Source of the DNA: Bugula neritina
Lineage: Eukaryota > Animalia > Bryozoa
Reading direction: 5' to 3'
Assembly (NCBI GenBank): GCA_964035545.1
Contig: OZ037770.1
Span: 1,736,001 to 1,800,000 of the forward strand
DNA length: 64,000 bases
This document shows, in pieces, positions 56,318 through 64,000 of the stretch. The translations under genes and the position numbers were made by a program. The notes under the pieces were generated by a model. It was given only the letters and a program-made list of their open reading frames with translations. It was not told the DNA's origin and did not search any database. Positions within the stretch are counted from its first letter, which is position 1, and every line of letters starts with the position of its first letter.

Positions 56318-58012
56318 GTGTGTGCGTGCATGTGTGTGTGAGTGTGTGTGCGTTCGCGTGTGCGTATGCAGTGTGCAGTGTGCAGTGTGTTTGTTCTTGT
56401 GTGTTTAAAGAACAATTTGCTAGAACTCCTCACTTCACATAAAAGCAAGCATATAACTGTAACGTTACGTACTGAACCATCCCTGGCAGTGAGTTCCATA
56501 GTCTTCCAAATTCATTGCTATAATCTCCCTAAAACAGACAGTTATATAATTACTCAATTGCCATGAAAGTCAAAAACTAAATCTATTCTGTAAATTTGTA
56601 TGCAAACTATAGTTTTGATTGCATATGGTGAGTCTATGGCATTCCAGTTATTGCATGTTTATACAGGACACAATAGAAGAATGTGCACTGTATTTGCATA
56701 TAAATTATAAATCATATAAGAATTGTTTTGGCAATATTGCAAAATTGTACTACTTAAAATTTAGTATATTAAAACTGTTTAGAAAATATTTACTTTTGAT
56801 TTAAATTAGGAGAACAAGTTTGATAATTTTACTTAGGCAGCAATTACACCAGCATAAGTTCGCAATCTTCAGTGCCAAAAAACTTCTAAAGAATTATGCT
56901 CCACACTTTATTATTTCAAAAAGTTTACTATGATACATACATATGCTTCCTATATATACTAATTCATTGCTCTTTACTTACAGTCGTTCCCGTGGGACTC
57001 CTCGGGATCTGTAATATTTCAGTCTTTCTACAACACAAATCATTTATGTTTTGAAAGCTGAAATGCTCTTTTATTTTCATCAAATTGACACTTTTAATAA
57101 TGTAACACAAAGAAATCAATAATAACAGCTTGCCTATAACTAAATATAATAGTTTCTATCCATAAAGCAAATTATGGAGAGAACAATAGCTGTTAAGAAG
57201 TTTTTTGCCCACAAAAAGTGAAAAACCATGAATTTATGTGTTTGTTGACAACAGAGTTAATATGTTGTGTATGCACACAACATATAAATCCTATTTGAGC
57301 TACCTGAATAACGAAAGGTGATCTTGTCAAAACCAATTGCTGTATAATACAAGAGATTGACAACGTCAACTACCTTATTTTATTTTTAGGTAGACACAGT
57401 TTTAGGGTGCTAATAAATTATTATAAGCAATCTAATTCTTCAGCAAAATATATTTTATTATTTTAATATTTAGTATATTATTGTAATATGTATTCTGTTT
57501 AGCTCTCAGCTCTTATCTTTTACATAACCATTTAAGGTTTTACTTCATTTTGAAAAAAAAATTATTATATATTAATTCCTTATACAGTTATTTTTTTAAA
57601 AAGTTTCAATAATGTTATGAATAAATTTCTATATTTTTTCAGCTCAAATAAGTTTAATAATAAAATGAGTAAATGCAAGCAAAATTAAAAGTTCAAGTTG
57701 AACTTTAAATAACCCATAAGAGAAAAGGATTTAAAGTAATGTTTGATTAATGGAGATATCTGTCATTTTGAGAGGCGCAATTAACTTATATACAAGACTC
57801 ATTATGTTAAACACAAAAACAGCTATCTCTCCTAAATTTGTGTTAACTATAACTGTAAACATTTATATATTATGCTGTAGACAGTAAAAGTCTTTATTAA
57901 AACTGGTTGTTGATGTTTGCTTACCATGAATCCGCTGTGGGGACAACTTCTGTCTCGCCAGAGTGTAGACTAGGATAGCCAGCAGAAGGAGTATCTGAAA
58001 GACTTTCTTCAT
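55041..58012 (-). CDS. Secreted 6-Cys ICK (C-C-CC-C-C) prepropeptide, gene E, 110 aa
   Basis: Exons 58012-57925, 57027-56982, 56528-56473, 55808-55730, 55104-55041 (phases 1,2,1,2). Protein: MKKVFQILLLLAILVYTLARQKLSPQRIHERLKYYRSRGVPRERLEIIAMNLEDYGTHCQGWFRKCHTNRNCCFPRGCFGGICFRPWGSGRVTYAQRLEAYRNGAADTSL*. TATATAAAA on the minus strand at 58107-58115; AATAAA on the minus strand at 54903-54908. Without the last splice the frame stops right after WGSG. Confidence 0.82.
56141..56365. repeat. Imperfect (TG)n microsatellite in gene E intron 3
   Basis: Direct inspection. Confidence 0.95.
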
Positions 58013-59074
58013 CTTGTGCTGTGGTAATAAGAATGAAACTTAACTGAGTTGCTACAATATATGTGCTAGTGTAAAGGGTGAATGATTCCTTCCTTTCTTC
58101 AGCAGCTTTTATATAATCCGCAACAATAGAAAGTGAACTAAATGGTCAATTATTAAACATAGACACATGTAATTAAACACGACTATTAAGATTTTTGAGA
58201 ATGTTAATTGTGCTGTTGTTAGAATAATTGTTGTTTATCCCAAATTTATTTTATTGGACAGGAAACTATAGATGACTATTTAAAGACCTGTATTTTAAAA
58301 TATATAAAGAAAATATCTGATAAGAAATTGTTGAGTACCACATCCTCAGTGGCTACCAGCCACTCTTACTGCAAGATGAACAGAGGAAATTGAAACTAGA
58401 CCAACATACATGAAATAGAGTGCAATAGTAATACAAAAGGGTCCAGCAATAGGTTTGCAAAGCTCTTATATGAAACTAATATTAAATGACTGTTAAACCC
58501 AATAATATATGTAATTGCCAACAACGACAATTACAATTAAATATAATATTTATAATAATTAACCACTATCATTTTAGGACAAAATGTATTATAGGACAAT
58601 AAATTTTTACTGCAAGTTATTTTAGCATTTATATAGTACGCTAGTTTATTTTGCGTTTTGAAAAATGCAAACAGAATAATATAGAATCTAGAAATTGTAA
58701 ACTTTACATATATCACACAAAACCTATATACTGATATAATGATATGTTCCTAAATACTTCATTATACTTGTAATAACCGTAAAACATTTAGCAAAATCGA
58801 AGCTTTTCAAGGATAGTACTGCCGTATAAAACTATATCACAATGGAATTTATATGTATGTTGATAAATGATGCAACTATAAATAAACATACACGTGATAA
58901 CTGATTCACTAACATAAGGAAAGGCAGCAAAAAATTGTTATCAATGATAAATCAAAAGCTGACATCACAAGAGTAAATATAAACATGTTTACTTATTAAC
59001 AAACACGAGACAGAAATACTTTAATTAACTGTTTTTGGTGGCAAAAATATGCTATTTTTCCCACCTATTCTTAC

Positions 59075-59560
59075 CTATCTCCGCATTGTCCTGTTCGGGC
59101 AGTGGATGGCTGCCGGAGGCCTAGCTCAATTAAGCTTCCCTACTTAGCCCTGTCTTGAGTGTCCTTTTTGTTGATAGAACAGGATTGGAGGTATTTTTGA
59201 TAGTATCATGCAACCTGTGCTTTGGGCATCCCGGGTTTCTCTTTCCTGCAACTTTCATCTCATGCACTCGTCTGATATCATCTTTTTTCTCTCTTGTGCT
59301 ATTTAAATGTAATTCCTAAGCAGTAGCAGAGCATTCTCATCTCATATACGCTCATTCTCTTTGCAAGGTAATCAGTCACTGACCATGTTTCTGCCCGTAT
59401 AGTAGCACCAGTCTCATTACTGTCTTGTAAATGAGGACCTTGAGTCTCTTTGGAATTTTCTGGTCACACAAGATCCCCGTCAGCTCCCTCCATTCCCAGG
59501 CTCTGCCAATACGCACTTGCACCTTTGTCCTGCATTCTTCCTCATGGTGGATATGCAACT
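59075..59560 (-). mobile_element. Degenerate RTE-like non-LTR retrotransposon 3' fragment
   Basis: Translation VQVRIGRAWEWRELTGILCDQKIPKRLKVLIYKTVMRLVLLYG, followed in broken frames by a basic GKR..G.P-type segment, is typical of the post-RT region of RTE-clade ORFs. Confidence 0.7.
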
Positions 59561-60008
59561 ATACCGCACTAAATTTCCGACATAGTGAGCAGAAGTGATA
59601 GCGAAGCAACTCACAGATTATCATTGATTTCCATATAATATAGCAGTTCAGGATCCCTCATTAAATATTATTCCCTGTGCTCACTTTGCCATCTGGTCCT
59701 TTCTTTTTTTTTCATGCAATTACGCTTGAGACTAAAATATATATTTTAGGAAGCAGTCGTGGTATAAGATTTAGAAGGCTTGCTTAACAAGCACCAAGTC
59801 ATACGTTTGAAAGTGATAGCAAAACAACTCACATGTTCAAAAGCAGATTACTATTATTGATTCCCGTATAGCAGTTGTAGACCATATTAACTGATTGTAG
59901 AGCAGTTCTCATTGAGTATTATTCCTTGAGCTTACCTTGCCATCCCATCTGGTCTTTTCTTTTTTTTCTCCGTAAAATTATACACTTGAGATCACAATAT
60001 ATACTTTA

Positions 60009-60199
60009 GGAAGCGGTCGTGTAGTTTAAGATTTAGAGGTCTTGCTTACCAAGCACCAATTAGTCATGGGTTTGGAGCTGGCGAAGGCTATTGGTGATGT
60101 TTCAAAGAACATTCAATCATATTTAATCCTGTGGGTCATCTGAATAATTCTTAGCCCGCTTTTACACTTCAAAACTATAAACTTGCATCATGGCTTTTT
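60009..60199 (+). mobile_element. SINE family copy; its head and ~200 bp upstream are tandemly duplicated (59592-59810 versus 59811-60070)
   Basis: Core GGCTATTGGTGATGTTTCAAAGAACATTCAATCATA; the duplicated block starts AAGTGATAGC(G/A)AA(G/A)CAACTCACA. Confidence 0.65.
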
Positions 60200-61059
60200 A
60201 TTCGAATATATACTATTTCATACTTTATTAGTTTTTACAAATCCCATAATACTTTAAGATAAGTGTAGCGTCGCCACTAACTATAGAGGAGTTGTACTGG
60301 TGTTGGTTTTCGTAACTTTATTTTTACATATTCCAACTGCCGTAAGAAACTATAAAAGTAGGTTAATATATACAATTATAATAGGTTTTTAAAACACAAC
60401 AAACAAAAATTATTTATGACATTGTAAAGTATTCAAACATATATGCAGATTTTAGATTAATCACCTCTTGCCTTCTTTTAGTGGCTAGCTAGGGTGAGTT
60501 TGACTCTAGGAAATGACATTGTAGGTCTACTAAAAATATTAAAGTTTATAAGAAAAATGACAACAAATGATAACTGCCATAGACAAGGTTATTTAATTAT
60601 CAGTTAAGACAAGTAATGATGCATGTATCACATAAACAAAGATTTAACTTGTATTCAATGTTGACTTGAATTAGTAGTTGCAGTGAATTACTGTTATGAG
60701 TAAAAGTAAAACTTTAAGTTACAAATTAGGGTTTTATCCTGTGACAATCTGATCAATAACTGGAGAGCCTGTCTTAAGAATTTGTAATTTTATGAGAAAT
60801 CTATTATAAAGTAAACACATAGCCATAAATTTTATCATGCACCGACCACACTGGTATTTCAAACTTGTTAAACTCCTAAACATGTTAAATAAATTAAATA
60901 TTTATTATTAAGTTGAAATAGATAAACAATACTTAAGGAAAGCTTCAAATAATACAAATACTGAAAAACAAAACTAATCTGTGCCTCTTTAAGTTAATTC
61001 CAATTCAAATTCATTTATATTTTGCTAATTATATCATCAATATTTGTTGTTACTTATGC

Positions 61060-61395
61060 GATGGAACGTGCATTGCTAGCGCGCTACTATTCTACTAACT
61101 GTAGGGTCAACGTCTGCACTGAAACATCCGGGCTGCCAAGACGTAACGCCACAGCCAATGGGCAAGGGCGTGCTGTTATCTAATTAATGAATTGACAACT
61201 ATTGCAGTCGTTACGTTGCGTATATAGGCAAGAATCACGTGATGTGATCATCTATTTGAGTAGAACGTTGCGCTAAACACAACGTTGAATGCTTAATAAA
61301 CTGTTGAATATTCATTCAGTTATGCTGCTTTTACAACTTGAAATAATGATGCTATGTGATAACTTTACAACAAGTAAGGTGAACGTGTGAGTGGA
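61060..61395 (+). promoter_or_regulatory. Possible promoter and non-coding first exon of a gene whose CDS lies beyond the window
   Basis: A CpG-richer island with GCCAAT (61155), GGGCGTG, TATATAG (61221) and CACGTG (61237), plus donor-like GTAAGG and GTGAGT near 61374-61392. Confidence 0.35.
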
Positions 61396-61708
61396 CTACA
61401 TAGGTTTTTTAAAATATTATTTAGTATAAAAGTATAATAATGCACACACATATATATATTGCTAATATTGATATGTCGTCTTCTCTTGATTTGAGTGGAC
61501 AGTTAATCACATACTTTCATTTTTTTATAGCTTCTTTTGCCATTGCATTGTAACTGAATAGGGGATTTAAGGAAGTTTTCAACAAAAGACATCACAAATT
61601 TTACAACATTCTAAACCTCCTGTAGAATATTTTTTTGACAAGCATCGTTAAGATTATTTTAACATGTGTACTTTGTCTTAGGGTGATTTCAAAGGTTTGT
61701 TTACCAAA

Positions 61709-62046
<338 letters not shown>

Positions 62047-62094
62047 ATCACACTAAAAGATCATAAAACCAAGAGGATAGTGTTTCCAGGTTTT

Positions 62095-63140
62095 GTATAG
62101 GGTTTGTAGGATTGGTTATGTACATAAACAAAGCGACCATCCACCTGCAGTATTGAAAAACCTACCAGAAAATATAAATAAAGGACTTAGCTCACTATCC
62201 TGCAATGAGGAGGAGTTTAACACCACCAAGAAGCACTATCAAACAGTGGATATGACTATAACTTAAAATATAACCCGACACCCAAATCCAACAACAACAA
62301 TAGAAATAGAAATAGAAACATATTGTGGTACAACCCACCTTTTAGTTCAACAGTAAAAACCAAGATAGGGAAAAAATTTCTTCAAATCATCGACAAATGC
62401 TTTCCACTATTCAACCAACTAAGTAAAATTTTCAATAGGAAAACCGTAAAAATTAGTTACTCATGCATGCCCAACATGAAAAATATTATTGATGGCTCGA
62501 ACCATCACAAACTTAAAACCGCACACACCCCTACTACCACTACTAAACTAAATAACACACAATGTAACTGCAAACAACCTTCCCACTGTTCACTAAATGG
62601 TAAATACTTATACAAAGACGTAATATACCAAACAACTGTAACAAGACATGACAATAATTCCAGCCATTCATACATAGGACTCTGTTCGACTACCTTCAAA
62701 ACCAGATTCAATAACCACAAAACCTCTTTCCTACATGCAGATAAAGCCAACAGCACACAACTCAGCAGACACATCTGGAATTTAAAAGACAGCAATACAA
62801 AATTCAGCTTAAAATGGAATATTTTAAAAATTTGCAAATCATACTCAAACCTAACCAACAGATGTAACCTATGCAGCTATGAAAAATATATAATTTTAAA
62901 ACAACCGGAATTATCCTCCCTCAACAAACGAAAAGAGCTTTCCACCACGTGCAGACATAAATGCAGATTTTTACTTACGCACTTAACAGACGCTAGTTAA
63001 TACATTCCAGCGTAGCAATACACTAACAATGCTAATTTCAAAACAAAATCACTCAACCGTACACACAACAACCTGATGATCGTAGCTTACACTACGTGAA
63101 ACAATATTGTAGTCAATAATATGAAGATCTAAGTTTATTT
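62095..63140 (+). mobile_element. 5'-truncated Penelope-like retroelement (RT C-terminus, Cys-rich linker, GIY-YIG endonuclease)
   Basis: ORF 62323-63000 contains WYNPPFS, KISYSCMPNM, a CNC...C linker, VIYQ...SYIG (GIY-YIG), RFNNHK and CNLCSYEK. A frameshifted upstream segment reads VHKQSDHPPAVLKNLPENINKGLS. A hammerhead motif follows the ORF, and (TA)n flanks both sides. The Cys-rich linker suggests the Neptune-type group. Confidence 0.88.
63070..63114 (+). ncRNA. Degenerate minimal hammerhead motif at the 3' end of the Penelope-like element
   Basis: CTGATGA-tCGTAG cttaca CTACGt-GAAA-CAAT ATTG-TA: palindromic stem III, GUA triplet, weak stem I. Confidence 0.65.
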
Positions 63141-63224
63141 TTATATCCAAAATTGTATCAATACCAAATATAAATACTCTATTTTCGAAATATTGAGTTC
63201 TTTTGATTCATTTTTAATTATAAA

Positions 63225-63343
<119 letters not shown>

Positions 63344-64000
63344 AATGGCCTTCTTTATATCTTAATGCAAAGAAACTGTGCAAACTTTATTTTATCCAAT
63401 TTTGCTTGTAATAATATAATATCTTGACTGAGGTGTTTCTGAAATGTACGGCAATTATTGAGATATATATACTTGTATATATAATAGTGAGTGACCAGCT
63501 TTATCCTGCTTTAAGAGTTATCTTCTCTAGCTAAATTGAAACAATTAAAGGTTATAATTTGGTGCAAATATTAGATATATTTTTCAATTTATTATTCTCA
63601 TGGTTGGAAAAACAGGATATCATAATTAAATGATGTGCAATATATTATATAGCTTGTTACTGTTTAATATATTCTGGACAAACTATTATTTTTCTGTAGA
63701 ATTATAGTAAAAGGAGTTTAATTAGCAACCTACAAATTCAAGCTATAAGGTCATGTTTTACTTAGTGCAGATATATTGATTAATAAGACAATAAAAAATA
63801 AATTGAGTGTAATGATGGCTTCTAATGACTGTTTTTTTAGATATTATATGTGTCAATAAGCTAGAGTTTCAGATCCATGTATTTGGCAACTCTGTTCTTT
63901 ATTGCACCACTTTTCCTAACCATCATATATATAAAAGCTACTCATGTAAAGTCATTATTTCTTCTAACCATGCATATTCCAGTGGTTCATTTCACTGTTG

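Overview
AT-rich, microsatellite-laden eukaryotic (invertebrate metazoan-type) DNA with GT-AG introns. All gene models were assembled by hand from splice signals and reading-frame continuity. Left half: a 14-coding-exon fatty-acid amide hydrolase (FAAH1-like amidase, minus strand, 614 aa) lies head-to-head with an 18-coding-exon trifunctional GART (plus strand, 995 aa). A 141-bp imperfect inverted repeat sits in the likely shared promoter. Right half (36-58 kb), largely invisible in the ORF track: six small multi-exon secreted prepropeptide genes. Three encode intact 8-Cys agatoxin/agouti-framework knottins (A, B, C). One paralogue (D) has lost the knottin but keeps an intact N-terminal peptide ending in G-KRKR. 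One encodes a 6-Cys knottin (E). A convergent plus-strand 50-aa precursor (F) predicts two amidated peptides, DSALRARPELNHYEamide and THFRFEDLamide. The window also holds three minimal hammerhead-ribozyme motifs (two in a short (TA)n-embedded element, one at the 3' end of a Penelope-like fragment), a tRNA-derived SINE family, several MITEs, LINE fragments and minisatellites that start at splice junctions. No database searches were run; family assignments rest on recognised motifs.
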